NCBI GenBank assembly: GCA_002633005.1
Contig: NMRA01000016.1
Span: 1,335,661 to 1,399,660 of the forward strand
DNA length: 64,000 nucleotides
Direction: 5' to 3'
Source of the DNA: Phoronis australis
Taxonomy: Eukaryota > Animalia > Phoronida
Shown here: piece after piece, positions 12,931 through 48,501 of the stretch
How the letters are laid out: each line of letters starts with the position of its first letter
How positions within the stretch are numbered: the stretch's first letter is position 1
Position numbers and translations under genes: made by a program
The notes under the pieces: model-generated
Databases searched by the model: none
Seen by the model: only the letters and a program-made list of their open reading frames with translations
Told to the model about the DNA's origin: nothing

Positions 12931-15900
12931 ATTATTCAACGGTTCTTTTAAGAACCATTTCACGCTATACCTAAGGCTCATGCACAGTACAACCAACGGT
13001 CCTTTTAAGGGCCACTCAACACTTCCCAGAAGAACTTATAAACATGCAAAGGTTAAACTAGTCAAATCGTTGCAGAGGCGCACTTTTTAATTCGAACAAA
13101 ATTAATATTTTTCTAAACCAAAAACGTTATATAAGGATCTTTTGCATTCACAGGTACTCGTTCAAATTTGTGCACAGAATGCTTTCGTAGTTTTCTCAGT
13201 AGGCCTGTGTAAACCATAAATCACAAACTGTCCGATAACTATTCTGCTATTGGGCAAGCAGACGACATAATCAGGCGGCACCGAAGTTTCAATTTTGTAA
13301 TTAATTACCAGTAGCATTGCCAAAAGTACTCACAATACCAACACTTCTACTATTGAAAGACTTTGAAAAGTGTTTCAATGCCGAAATTAATATTTTTTCG
13401 TTGTTTTGGACAGTAAAGTAGATGCAAATATTTCTCGTCAAAATACACTAACCGGAAACTGTACCAGAAAGGTCAGGAGATAACCTGGTTCCCGGGCCTC
13501 ACAAGCTGACGTCACGGATTGCTTGTGAAGGCCCAGGTACAGGGCACTAGAACGATGGATTTCATTGGCTGTCAGCTGGCAATTTTTAACCAGGAAGTTG
13601 GTTCTGCGCATGCTTACATCCGGTAATACGTTACTAGGTCGCTAGGTGTCGCGAAAGTAAAAGTTATTTTGCGAGTTGCGTTTGCGGTCGGAACTCTGGT
13701 GAGGTAGCTGTTTATATTGTTATATTATCAACAAACTGTGCAGAAATTCACGTCATTATCGATTCCTTATTATGAAAATAAATAAATCTGAATTAACAAT
13801 GGCTTCTCTCTTTTCACTTGACTTTTTCAGTTTCATTATTTACGCTTTATAGTAGGAAATGAAAACGTCTCTTGCAGTTGCGAATCCAGGATTTTGAGTT
13901 GGGCCGGGAGGAGGGGGCAGGGGCAAGGGCAGAGTAATTTGACCTTCAGACATTCACACCCCCAAACTTCCAAATTGAATCTGGGTTAATTTTATGCAGG
14001 GCCACCGCCCCCTTGCTGCCCCCCNTTTTCAACCCTTCAGGTAGTTACAATTCCCGAGCTACACTCCTACCCTCGTTGCCATAGTTTTTTCTTCCCATTT
14101 CCCTCTTTGAGGTGGGACCCCGCACAACTTGAGGGTCCTAAGCCATTCAGATCACCTTGGGTGTATTCTGAGCCTTAAATTTCTCCTTTAAGGTGAATGT
14201 AACCTGCGTGACTTTCAAACTTAGTGGAGAATGATTGGCCATAATGACCAAAAGTTCGAGCATGCACTGAAAACAATTACTTCCAAGGGCATCCAGAACA
14301 CCTCGGATGTTTTCGTAACCTCAAATTTCACCTAATAGCTGAATGCTTGCTGCATGTGTGCGGATTTCAGTTAGCCTCAGTTATTCTCAATACTGAAATT
14401 CACGTGACTTGCCATATTTTGGATAACGTTCATCTTCCAGAGGATATTTGAGGCTAGGAAATTACCTGAAGTGTTTCGAAGAAAAATTTGTAAGTATGAA
14501 AATATAGCCGTCGTGTTCCAGATGTTCTGAGGGTAAATTTGTAGCTACGAAAATACCCAAGAGGTGTCCCAAATGGGACCTAAGCTTCAGTGTTATGCAT
14601 AATATGGTACTAGAAGAATCTCCACCCATTTAGACTGTGGCTAAAAAACATTAGGGTTGTAGTCCGAGGTTTGAAGTTCAATAGTAATGTATTAGCTTAA
14701 TGTTACAATTGCACAATATTTTCACAAGGGTTAATGCTAACAACTGAATCCTTTCGTAGTAATTCTTGAACGGCTGTCTTTTTCATCCATTAAGCTTGAA
14801 ATAGTCGACTCAGTGATTCCAGTTGTTAAAAATGAATCTGGTGTCCAAACTTTTAAAAATACAGGTATCGTATTAAAAACCCCTCTGCAGTAGGAAAAAG
14901 GTACCATTTGCAGTGTTTTTAACTTCCAGAGTGAAACCCGTTATATTCATGGAAAAAGCTTGCTTTGGTAGGGATTTTTTGAAGCACTATTTTGAAGAAA
15001 AATTGCCCAGCCAGGTGTCATGTACTGTATAAACCTGTGGGAGTACCCCCTGTAATGGTTTTAGGAGGGTACTCTGAAAGCCCAAAGATGGTGAAATGAA
15101 CCCTATCCCTATATACCTAACAATGTGGGTTGAACATCTTGGAAAGTACAAGCGCAATTGTTGATTTCAGAATGCGCTTATCAGATGGTGTCTTCTGGCT
15201 TCCAGATTTCCTTCGAATTTATTGCTATGAATGCGTCTTGTGTGAAAAAGAATAAATTTTGATCTGAACAACTTACCCCTGTATACAGGAATTGGAATGA
15301 CTAAAAGAAGAAAATGTTCCAGGTAATCTATCATTTCACAAATAGGCTTGTGTTATAGAAATATTTTTTGTGTTGTAAAATTTAACTGAAGTAAATGTTT
15401 GCATGAATCAAGTCAAAATAATGATAAGAAAAAAGAAGCTGGAAGTCAAATAAGAGGAAATAAAAACAAAAAATAGAAAATTCTCTTAAAAGAGGAAAAT
15501 GCCAAGTCCTGTATATATCCCTGTCTCAACTTGTTCCTTAGTGGACTTGGAAGAACTCAAACTTTGCTAGTGCTCAAAGCCATGGTTATTGCACCAGGTC
15601 TTGAGCAAAAACAAACTATCAGTTCAATGGAAGCCAATATGCCACGTCTAATCTCACTAAGGATCAGTACGAGATCAAGAATCTAATCACGAGCACACAC
15701 GTGAAGATTGACACCGGACATTGCTGGACATGCCAATTTTCATGCGAACAATTGTGATTAGATTTTTGCTACTATTTTGGCCAAAAACAACATTGTTAGT
15801 ACGAGACCAATCTTATATTGTTACATGATGGTCCTAAAAAGAGGTTGGGTTAAAAATAGCTTGAAAAATGGTACACTTTGTGGATAAGGAACTTAAAAAG

Positions 15901-16064
15901 GATTAATTTTTTCAACACAGTTTAGTACAGATGTTTTCTTATTCTCCACATATAAATGCTTTTTGGGCTAAACAGATTCTAGCCCAGTCTTGTATTGATT
16001 GATTTAAAACCCTGAAAAGGGATTACGTGATCATGTTTTGGGAATACACCTCTAGAGTGAAGCT

Positions 16065-16345
16065 TTCAATCCAAATCAAACTCGAAATTGTTTTTGTCAC
16101 TTCCACTCCACTTTCTTGAGAGATCAAGATAGACTAATTGAGTACTTAATGACCACTAGATTCGAACTAAAATTTGAGTAAAAACTTTTTAAGATTTCTA
16201 GTAAAACCTCGAACTCAGACTCGAGCTTTTAGCTCTAATGCTGGGATCATTAACTGCCATCAATAAGCTCTCAAATATAAAATAAAAGAAACTCATCTCG
16301 AGTTCAAACAAAATAGAATAGAAAATAAAAAATCTTGGGCCCAGG
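16065..16345 (+). repeat. Dispersed repeat shared with ~39120-39410
   Basis: Recurrent AACTCGA motifs; AACTCGAAATT and CTTTTAGCT.TAATG blocks are collinear. Confidence 0.55.
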
Positions 16346-19019
16346 TGTTACTTTCATAACAGTCTATGCTTTCACAATGCAGTGAATGTGCAACTTGAGT
16401 GGAAGTCGGGTCTTTAATAACCTATTCCCCCAGCAGCACTGGTGTAGTCAGAATTATTCAACAGAGGTTGCCAAAATTGAAATTGTTGGCGACCAATGAT
16501 TGTGACTGAAATGAGAGGCAACCTGGAGGCACTGCAGGAACAAGGGACAGGGGAGCTAGGCAAGCACAAAACTGAAATGAGTTGCTATCAGGGGAAGGGT
16601 CTGCAATGAAGATGGTGTAGCCTTGTTGTGGGCCCTATGGCTATGTTAATGCCTTGGTACTTCAGTCTATCCCTAAACTAGACCATATTTCTAATCAATA
16701 TATCAGCAAAATAAAGTTCCCAATGGTTAGAAAAATTTCTTGGCATGTTGTGTTTTTAGCCTATGAGTGTAATATTTATAGGAACACGTTAATGATGTCA
16801 CAGTTTTTAATTTTGAGTCAACGTGAGGGTGTTTGCCAGTGCGAATGTTCTGAAGCATTTCACACTGCCCAACTCTTGCCACGAGGAGGCCCCCTCAATA
16901 AGAGTCAAATTGGTAATTTTGAAAAACTTTTCGAAAAGACCGAAATGTTGACTAAAATCACTGCTGTATTATGTAGATCATAACAACAAGAATGAAACAC
17001 TACAATGTTGCTCAAAACACTAAATAAAACATAATGGTAATAGTCACATACAGGGCACCCCCACTTTGAGAACCAGTGTTTTCTACTGCATAACAAGAAC
17101 CTGATTTTCACTGAATAGCAGGCGTTAAAACTTGTTCTCAAAATTTGGATTGCCAGTGAGTGACTACTGCCTGGATAACAATCAACTCACCTAAAGCACA
17201 GGGAACCTGTCGATTTGGGTTACGTGACCCAACTTAAAGACTCTGAAGTACCCTGACCTCCCAATTTTGAAATGTGAGATGTTTTTGCAAAAAGTCATTC
17301 CAACAAACCAGGTTTTTAAAGTTCACTTGCTTACAAAGTCTAACTCCCTAATGCTTTGATTACAGCGAACCTTAGTAGTTTCTGAATGTTTTAGAATGGT
17401 TCTGGTTTTGCAATTAGACTGAAATTAATAGATGATTTTTTCAAACTGCAACACTTGACATCATGTGATCGTGGAAAGCAAAAAATGAAACAGTCGACGA
17501 GTCGGGATCCAGGATAGAGAGAGAGGAGACTTGCATAGATTGCATATGACCAAATGTGCCACTCTGACCAGTGACTCAAGCATTGCAAAAGTCACTATGA
17601 AAGGGTGAATTTCCAAATAAATTCCACACAAAAATATTTACTTTTAGGTTCGAACTGTATAAAATGAACCATTTTTGCACCAAAACCACTGAATGTTTCA
17701 TATACAACTGAGGCTTCTTGTGTTTAAAAGAATACATCCCAGCTTTTTGTTGAAATACAATTCCCCGTAAATAATAACTTTGCATAATTATGTTATCAGA
17801 AAAGTTGATTTTCATTGAGGCTCTCACCAAAATGGGTCAGTTTTAATGATTGTACCAACTCACAAAAGGGTGAGGTTTTATCCTGATGATTATGCTAAAG
17901 AGTGGGTATAATCCTAATTTCAAGGCAACACCCTCCGAAATAATAATACTCTGTACGACTGTACGATGGCAGTCATTACTGAATGGCACTTACAGAAGCG
18001 ATACTTGTCAGTCATTATGTATAAAACAACTATTGCTAGACTACTTAATGTTTATGTGTTTAGGACCATTGACTGTATTTTTATGCTCCTGACTTCTGTT
18101 AGTAGTGACAAGTGTGCCAGTCTATTATACAATGACAATGAATGGCAGAATTTCAGCATTATCCTTATCTGACCCACTAGTTCAACTTTCACGGTATTTA
18201 CGGGAGCTTATATAACGTACATGAACATGTTAACATACGAGAGGGTGTGCTCTGAAAAGATCGAGACAATCTCCCGTGGCCGCGACGCACTCAGCTACTC
18301 CTTTCCCACTATTCGGTGCTACAGTACTCCTAAAATGACTGTTGTTGTGGGTGGCCTAGGCTAATGGTAGTGCCTATTAAGCCTAATTCTTCCACAAAAT
18401 ATTTCGTAAAAAATCTTCAGAATCCATCACAGTATATAAGATGATTATCACAACATGTTTCTTATACATTACTCGTGATGTTGTCCTTGACTCGTTAGCT
18501 TTGAAATGCGGGAGTTTGATGAAAACAGAGAGATTTAAACAGCTGTAAATCCATCGACATTCTTTTACTGGAAGTCGCCATGTTGGTGAACTAGTTTGAC
18601 CTATTATACAACTGACCAATAGAATGCCTTGTTTCTTGAAATCGGAACAGCCAATGATATTCCAAGAATGTGGATGGAAAAGTGCCCTGTAGCAGACCCC
18701 AACCAACCTCGAGGGTCTGTGGTGGAGACTAGGTCAAGAGAGTGGTGGCGCCTCTTTGCTAGCACGTAAAAAAATGCCGGAGTTGCGAATCTGTTGTGTA
18801 TAATCTATGATGTAAGCTATACTACAATCCTGATTACACACCTAAGAGTCCAGTGTTACATTACGTTGCAGATTATACAAAGACTCTTGTGATGGACCTG
18901 TTAAACTCTATGTCTGATCCAACCTACCAACACGTGGAGCTGTAACATGCTCCGTTACCTTTGTCGAGCCAATATGTGAGACCAGATAAAGAGGAGGCAG
19001 TTCAATCGTTTGTTACCAG

Positions 19020-19170
19020 CCTCCCGTTCAGTAACGCTAGGACCTCGCTAAAAAGCAAGACTTCGAGAGATTATGTGAGATATTGCCGTGTATTTTAAAT
19101 GAGAACACGTGACTTTGACTAGGTTTTAGCTAGGTCCTAGCGTAGGTCCTAGCGTCCACTGAACGCACGC
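19020..19170. mobile_element. 151-bp MITE with CWG TSD
   Basis: CAG flanks both sides; inverted ends CGTTCAGT/ACTGAACG; near-identical to 52344-52494. Confidence 0.85.
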
Positions 19171-19654
19171 CAGGTTTTGCTGATGAGTGACGAGTCGATG
19201 CTGTTGAGCCGTAGTCACATGCTGTTATCTGTTTATAACTCTGTTATAGATTTATAGATATACCATGCTGTCGTAGTTGTTGTCTTTGGTGATTAAAATA
19301 ACGTTCTCCAAACAACCTTGCATTAAAAATGCCAACAGTGTTCGAAAATAGTTTGCTGTTTTAAATTGTTGAAAAATCAGAATTGGGAGTCTTGATTAGG
19401 CCTATTTAAGTTGTTCAATGTGTTTAGGTGTTTCACAAAACTGTCTCCCTATTGTGTATGTACTCAACATCTTATTGAGGTTACTGTAAGTCAGGTTTGC
19501 TACTTTTTCTTGTCAATATAAACCTGTCATAAAGAAGGTGGACGAATTAGGTTGATGTGCTCTGAGACTGAAAAATAATGTTTGTCAGCATCTGTTTTTG
19601 TATTGAATTTCATGCACATTCATAAGCATAATATGTTCTTGGGATTGACTTATT

Positions 19655-19770
19655 ATCTCTGTCGATGAAGTTACTATCTCTATCGGTAGAGTTATTAACT
19701 GTATCGATAGAGTTAATAAGTCTATCGATAGAGATACTAAGTCTATCGATATCGATAGAGTTAGCAATAG
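19655..19770. repeat. 21-bp minisatellite with palindromic core
   Basis: About 5 units of TCTATCGATAGAGTTAATAAG. Confidence 0.8.
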
Positions 19771-19914
19771 AAAAAAGTTGCCGTGCCTTCCTTTTACAGC
19801 CACCGTAGGGGAACTATTCGGCTAATAGGGGGTTCACTATTGTGCGCTAGCTCTCGCTCAATGTTACAGCACGGTGCAAGTACTCCGCCACCTGCCGCTA
19901 AAGCATGTGCTCGA

Positions 19915-20040
19915 ATGAGCCTCCTATTTGGCGAAGTGGAAAAAAGGTCCTCCTCAGAGAAGCAATGTCTCCGATAAAAAGTAGAAAACGAGACAAAAGT
20001 TCACTAAAAAGGCAGGAACTACCAAAATTCGGCGACTGCA
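19915..20040 (+). repeat. Dispersed repeat shared with 2628-2752
   Basis: ATTTGGCGAA...AAAAAGTAGAAAACGAGACAAAA...CCAAAATTCGGCGA occurs in both. Confidence 0.7.
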
Positions 20041-20330
20041 TCATTCATAGCTCTGAACACTGGTACCCAGTGAATGTAAGTAAAAGGTACTTATTATCAA
20101 AAATTCGAGCCCCCATTTAGGCTGGGTGTGAGCGTGCAAAGTGTGGACAAATCTCATTAGGAAACGAACAACTTCGCACAGTTCGACAGAAGACAAAGTT
20201 CTAAAGAAACCTCTCGTTTGAGTGAGCGCTGTGGTCAGGTACCAGGTTGGCCTAAAGGCTGTGCGGCATTGTGACACAAGGCTATGACTAGTCCGTAAGT
20301 TTATGCAAGTGTCTGAAACTACCTTTGTAT

Positions 20331-20476
20331 TCAGGGGTGGATCCAGGATTTTATGTTGGGTGGGGGCAAAGCAGAGTATTAGCCAGGACTTTGCCTTTCA
20401 GACCATCGCCTCGTTCTGCCATAGAGTCTTAAAAGAGGCATGGCCCCGTTGCCCCCCCCCCTTAAATCCGCCACTG
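20331..20476 (+). mobile_element. Small GC-rich hAT-type MITE
   Basis: CAGGGGTGGATCCAG...TAAATCCGCCACTG. Related copies at 27275-27430 and ~13875-14030; similar ends near 9336 and 24634. Confidence 0.7.
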
Positions 20477-20974
20477 GCGTGTATACGGCATTTATAATTT
20501 GAACCTTTTACTCTTTCAAAATAGTTCCTGCGACCGCATTCCTTTGCTGTTCGCCAGTGTCTGGTCGCGGTCCGCACCGGGTCATCGGCTGCTGGCCCGA
20601 ATCCGGCAAAATAATTTCTGTCAAAATTTATTCGCCACATTTCGTCTGCAATTTCGATACAGTTGTTCCTATTTTGATTTTATTTGCGTTAAAACCCGCT
20701 GTCAACTAGTTTATGCCCGTTTACATGTTGGTAACAGACTCTGCTTCAGTCGCGCAGCCGGCGTTTTTGAGCCTGGGTTCCTGAATGAATTGTATTTTCG
20801 GTTTCGAGGTAAGTTCAAAATGGTTGTGTGTTCTTCGGGTCGAATCGGGAGTAGAGCATTTATTTAAGCTTTATTCGAATACCGATTGTACATTAGTTAT
20901 GGGGTATTTTTTGGTTCCTTATAATATCATCTAACCATGTATTAAGGGCTAAAACCTTTGCTACTGGGACTTCT

Positions 20975-21285
20975 AATGCCTATACCAGCACAACTGCAAA
21001 TGAAAATAAATTGCAAATTGTGTTCTTACAAGTACATGTGTACCGTTTACGTGGAGGTACTCCAACAACAGTGTGATCATAAATTAGATTGGCATAGAAC
21101 GTGAAGAACAGACTAAACTTCATAATTCAAATTTTGTGTGCTACTGAAACAAAAGTCCAATTGTTCATTTTTACGATTTATTTGTAAAAATTTTGAATTT
21201 CTGATGATTTCAAAGGGTTTTTCTTTTAGTTTCATATTTCAAAAAAAAACATCTCTCAACTGCTCGTCGCTTCCTCGATTTTCAA
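20975..21285 (+). repeat. Dispersed repeat shared with ~57010-57292 (weaker at ~4985-5190)
   Basis: GTACCGTTTACGTG...CAACAACAGTGTGATCATAAATTA...CTTCCTCGATTTT is collinear in both places. Confidence 0.75.
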
Positions 21286-24049
21286 GGAAAACCCTATACA
21301 ATGGACTACGGCTAAAAATTACAGTGCATAAAGACGTGTGCAAGTGGAAGCGATGTGATCGATATAATTCCGACCAAGGCATAAGCATTGATGCACACAT
21401 GTTTTGACAAGTGATTACTTTGTCAGCATTATTAAACCTTCCTTTATAGCATTTCATATCACGGTTGTGAATTCAAAATCCCAAAATGAGAAACTAGGGG
21501 AAAGACGAATTCAGTTGAAAATTTCTTAGCTACACGGACACGATTGTGACGTATAAACGTCAGTCACGTATACCAACAAGGCAGTTTCTTGTACAAGAAT
21601 GTGCCATATCCGTGCTTTTCCGATGTCCCGGGGGAAACGGGGGAAAGTGAAAGGAACCCCAGCACGGCCAAATAGTGCTAAGTTGTGACAATCACCATAA
21701 ACGCCTCGCCATTCCTTATCGTACCACAAACCACGGGAAAACGAGAAGCAATATCTGACGACCTTTCACATTAAACACAATGTAGGATAATTAGTGCTGT
21801 GATTGGTATTCCAGAATTGTACTAATATGTTTCAGCTCTCCGCCCAACCCGCGATCAAGAATGCCCGGAAAGCGATCGATAACGAAATTTGGCGCGAGAA
21901 GCGAAGTCAGACAATTTAAGTAAATTTGGGGAATTTTCGTTGCTTTACTTTCAATATGATAACAGAGACTTGAGTTCAAGGCGTAACACATTGAGGAAGG
22001 ACAGATAGAGATTTAGTCTAGCGTCTCTTCCAATTATTGGGGACGAAAAGTCTTCAAAAAACATATAACTGACCCTGCCTTCCGCAAACTGACCACTTCC
22101 ATTCATTCAGAGGTTACCGGAATTTGAAATTGATTTTGAAATTGCACTGAATTTTGTGTCCTGGTCTATTCCCAAAAAACGTGAGAACCAAACAGTCTTC
22201 GAAGGAGAATCAAACTGTGTATTAAAAGAGGGGCAGTTCACAGTGGAATTTATACGTGCGCAAAGCTAAACGATCCCAAAACCGACTGCGTGTCAACTTA
22301 CTCGACTGGTTAACAAATGCTCTGTGAACCATTTTCAGGTTTCTTTTTATGCCTGTCCTTTACGAAAACAGTTTTAAAATGATCGCCAGTAATTATGTCG
22401 TTCCATCACTTAATTTACGACTGGGATACCATCTTAAAATCGTTAAAATATGACCTCAACCGTACGGGATCCAATATTTGTCCCATTCAGACACCTGGAG
22501 AAATCGTAACGATAACTATGGCTTAGTAATGAAACTTCCGCTCGATATACGATTGGTATCCTACGCGACCGGCTGTGGCGCTGCGCACTAGCATTCCGTT
22601 TCCGTCGTCTGGTCCACTGTGCAATGAATGAAATTACGTCACAGAAACTGAGTGACGATGAAGAAACAGAAGCTGCTGGTAAGATGTAAATTTTAATCGA
22701 AGCCTCAGTGAATCACTCAGAAACTCATAGTTCTCTCTTTGTCAAAAATTAAAATTAAGACGATTTGCAAAGCAAGAACGTGGTTAATGGCAACAATAAA
22801 AATGGATTTGGTTTTTTGGCAACTCAAAACTGTTTTAAACACAACAACTCTGCTACGAATTGTTTGCATCAAATATAAAGCGTGTAAAAACATTACGGGT
22901 CCAAGCACTGGCTTCGCGCTCGAGCGCTATAGACCCAATTCACGCGGCAGACATTAAAATCCAAAGCGAGGCTCACTGCGATAAACAAAGCCGAAGTTGA
23001 CATTGCGTGAGTTAAATGGCCGGTCTTTTGGGTCCAACCTGGATATTAAATCTTAAAAATGTGTCGATAATTAACCACGGAGACGTAAAAAATACACTAG
23101 AGAACAAGTCAATGCACCAAAGAGTTGTCTGACGAAAGGGTATAAGCTTTTTTCGGAAAACTAGGTTCAAAACATGAAAAGTAAATATGACCAAATTGCA
23201 GCGATCGACGTGTTACGGCTAGGTTATTATGCTGCAAGCAGGGTTACGTTTCTTTTTGTAAATTGTGTAAAAATGCAAATTCCTACACGAACCAGCTCGT
23301 CTGCTCTTATTGTTGACGAGTTGATGAAATATTCGACAGCATTTTGCAGTCGTGTGCATCTGGTTTAATTTGTTCATCAAGAATATTAACATCAAGCGTA
23401 GCCTAGGTCTTGGTTATTAAATTTATTTTTATTAAAATAAAAAACCTGGCTCGTAATTGAAAATAAAAATTGTTTGACCATCAATTCTGCTTTCTTGGTT
23501 TTAATAATTCTTACGTCTATTGCTTGTGTTAGGTTTCAAATATCAATCTGTACCAAGTTGAATTTTAAAATTAAAACAAGAACCTAATTCTTTCGTCTAA
23601 AGCATAACCTCGTTTTAGAGCTCAATTTCAGTTAACTGGACAGACCAAGCATAGTTATCATGTTTCATCAGGGGCCTCGTTCGGGCGAGGGGAAAGATGC
23701 GGCCTGTGCCTTCAAGAGGGGGATTTTTTCGCCGAGTGACGGGAAAAATCTAGCTCCCGATAACCATCAATAGGACCCCGCCCTGTTGCAAGCTCTCATA
23801 GGCTATTTCTCAAATAGCATTTTGTGCTCTTTCAAATTGTCACCTGTGTTGTTACACTCCAGGTGATTTGAACTTCGAAGAGAAATTTCCAATCACTTTT
23901 TTAGGCCTCGTGGGGAAATTTCGCGTGATTTTTAAATATTTTTAAAGGGAAATAGAGCCGATATTCGGCCCCAAAATCGAGGGATTGAGGGCCCTGTCCT
24001 TTTTGGAAAGAAAAATGCATCATGAAAACACACTGAGCCTGGCTTGCCG

Positions 24050-24275
24050 AAGATTCTCCAGTCAGCAGCGAGATGCTATCAAATATGATCTAACTTTTCG
24101 ACAACATTTATAAACTTTTCACGGACATATTTTTGTCGTCGCGTCGTATGACAACGACCCAACGCATCCGCATCTCAGCGTCCTTAGCCGGAGATTGTAA
24201 AACAGACAGCTGAATGTCCATATTTTTCGTAGCCGTTCGAGCAACGCGGAATACAGCTATCGTAGCAAGCCTCGT
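24050..24275 (-). pseudogene. Degraded THAP domain remnant
   Basis: Across frameshifts: SCIPRCSNGY ... PAKDAEMRMRWVVVIRRDD. Confidence 0.5.
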
Positions 24276-24866
24276 TTTGGAACTCGCCTCCTGTCGGCGT
24301 GAATTAGGTCTATGGACCATAAACGAGTACGGTGTTTTAGTTGGAAGCGTGGGGCTCAATAAAAGAGCACTCGCGCTCTGACCAATAGGTCGCTAGTTGG
24401 GGTCCTTGTAATTTTACATTCTATTCATATTCTCAGTGTTTTTTTATTATACTTCAGAGATCAAGGGAAAAGCTTGTTTTTAAAAGCAAAAACAAAATTT
24501 TACCCTTGGGGGAAGGAGAAAACCCCCTCTCGACCTTCCCCCGTTCGGCGCTACGCACCTCTACAATCGTGCTTTGCACGATTGCCTGGGAGACAAAATG
24601 TTGCCCCCCTTGTGATATCCTAGATCTGCCACTGTGTCTTGCTCATCAAAACCAACGTTCTTATCCTTTGTCGGAACTAAAATGCGCTTCAAAATATCCT
24701 ATAGAATTCCTGGTAACTATCCTGCTATGACTCAGCAATTTAAAAGCCCTGTCTGTTCTCAAGTCCAGAAATCACTTCTAACCTGAGTAGCTAAGCAACA
24801 GCTGAAACTGATTTCAAAACAGAATGTGTCCTAAATCAAAAGCTGTTTTTTGATAGAAGGTGCGGA

Positions 24867-24872
24867 TTTATT
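24867..24872 (-). terminator. Candidate polyadenylation signal of the protease gene
   Basis: AATAAA on the minus strand about 150 nt past the stop codon. Confidence 0.55.
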
Positions 24873-25018
24873 ACTTCTTTAAGAATAGATTTTTGTTACT
24901 CTCATTAAAAACTCAGAATGTCATTTATGCAATTTCATTCCTTGTTTCTTCCATGCCTTTTCCTTTTTCAGTTTCCTTTCCCCTTTCCCTTTCCGTTTCC
25001 TTTTCCGTTTCCTTTGTT

Positions 25019-46556
<21,538 letters not shown>

Positions 46557-46604
46557 CTTAACAAAGGATGATGGAATAATTCGAAAGATAAATACCACGG
46601 TCTT

Positions 46605-46613
46605 GCTTATATA
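46605..46613 (-). promoter_or_regulatory. Candidate TATA box of the protease gene
   Basis: TATATAAG on the minus strand about 50 nt upstream of the ATG at 46556. Confidence 0.6.
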
Positions 46614-47150
46614 CACGCTATCCTGTACGTGCCTAATAAACCATATTTTTCCTATGATGAAATACATTGATCCAATGAAATCTTCTACAGCTCTTTCCCG
46701 ATTTTGATGATTGGTCGGCGGTAAGTTATGAATTACGCCCCCTTGCTGAAATGTTCATGAGCCAACGCCCCGTACAGTGCTGATCGAAAGTAGCTTCCTG
46801 TTGAACGCGCTTCAGGCTCAGTCAGATCTGGGGTGATCCTCAACCGCAGTGAGTCCAAGCAATTTGCCTGGACGCGCTCTGAATTCCGTTAGGTTGAGGC
46901 TCAAAAAACTCAAGTTCCGAAGGGCTGTTGTTGAAGTGACAATGGCAATAATGAAGAATGCATGGAGCCTAATGGAGGTGGCTCTACATAACTTTAAACA
47001 AAAAATAACATAATTACATGTATATGCATTATCGCTTTCATTATCAAGGGCACATTCTACTGACTTTGTTGTGCCCTTATTAAATATCCTGCGATCATGA
47101 ATTTGAGCATCCCTCGTAGATCTCGATACCTTTTCCCAGCTCTATGGGAA

Positions 47151-48110
47151 CTCTCGTATTGTCGTCATCACTTTCAAAATTGATCACAGAATAGGTTTGT
47201 CTTCATCCTGGGGGTTTCCAGACTTCATAACCTTCACATTTAGTCAGTGTACCACCTAAAAATACAATTGGATGTATACGTTTTGACAAGATAAAAACTT
47301 GAAGTTTGGCTGGATGTTCTTGTCCATAATACATGCATTGTAAAACCTGTCATACCACAGCTTTTGTTGCAGTTTCTACGATTGAAGTTTAGGGATTTAC
47401 ATTTATTTTTGTATGTTTTACATATTCTACAATTTTCTAAGAATAGAACTTTAATCATATGACAGATATTAGTGCACACTTGTGAAACCGGTCATTCCTG
47501 TGAGGTATATATTTAGTTGTGGAATTTTAGTTACAATTTTCTCATATCTAAGTTAAGGAATTGTATGGGTACGTATCGCTCATATTGTGAAATCTTTCTC
47601 ACCAGTAGGTTATGCATTTAGCTATGAGATTTGTACTAACTATTTTTGTTGTCGTACTAATGACTTTTCGGACCATTGGAGCTTCGCACCATAAATATGA
47701 ATCCTACAGGTATAATTCTTGCTAAAATATATTATTGTAGCACCACCAGAAAAAAATCATAACAACTAACAATAAATAAAAGATTAACAATTATAATAAC
47801 AATATTTTTTGTGATTTTTTTGTAGTTCAAATGTGGTAGGTGTGATCCCCATAGCATTCTTGCAGGTCGATAGTCCAAACGGAAGTTAGTCCTAAAGAAG
47901 TTTTAGAAGTAGTGACCTTTTGGGTTTGTGACTCAGGGGAAATTTTTCTTATTACTACATTCATATTTTATAGGTTTGTGGTCTCAAGACCAAAAGAACT
48001 TTATTCTAAAGAGTGTTAACCCGAAAAAGGTTATGAAGTCTGGAAACCTGCAGGATGAAGACAAACCTTATTTGTGATCAATGTTGAAAGTGGTGATGAC
48101 AATACGAGAG
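47151..48110. mobile_element. 960-bp TIR element upstream of the protease gene
   Basis: ~83-bp TIRs CTCTCGTATTGTCGTCATCACTTTCAA.../...TTGAAAGTGGTGATGACAATACGAGAG; AT-rich interior. Confidence 0.8.
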
Positions 48111-48279
48111 AAGTATCATGCATTTTTAAATTAAGTGGTGAAATCTGTTGTGTACACATACACGTATTTCAGTGGTGATTGGATGAGTGTATATTTGGCA
48201 CATCAATACATTAACTGAATGTGACATATATGAAGTTGTGGGGTGCGTTGGGTGGCGTGTATGGACAATGGAAAACCGG

Positions 48280-48466
48280 GATATATATAACATTCAGTGG
48301 CATATATTATACTGGGGCATATATCTAATGCGACATATTTAGCTGTGGGCTATGTATTGCATATAACTAATGGGATATATATATATATACTTGTAGGCTA
48401 TATATTGTACTGGGGAGTATACCTAGTGAGATATATATAGTTGCGGGCTAAAATATATATATATAC
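48280..48466. repeat. Degenerate TA-rich minisatellite
   Basis: Recurrent ATATATT(A/G)TACTGGGG and TAGyTGyGGGCTA blocks. Confidence 0.6.
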
Positions 48467-48501
48467 CCCGGAACAAGGTCTTAAAATTTTACTCCACTTA
48501 A

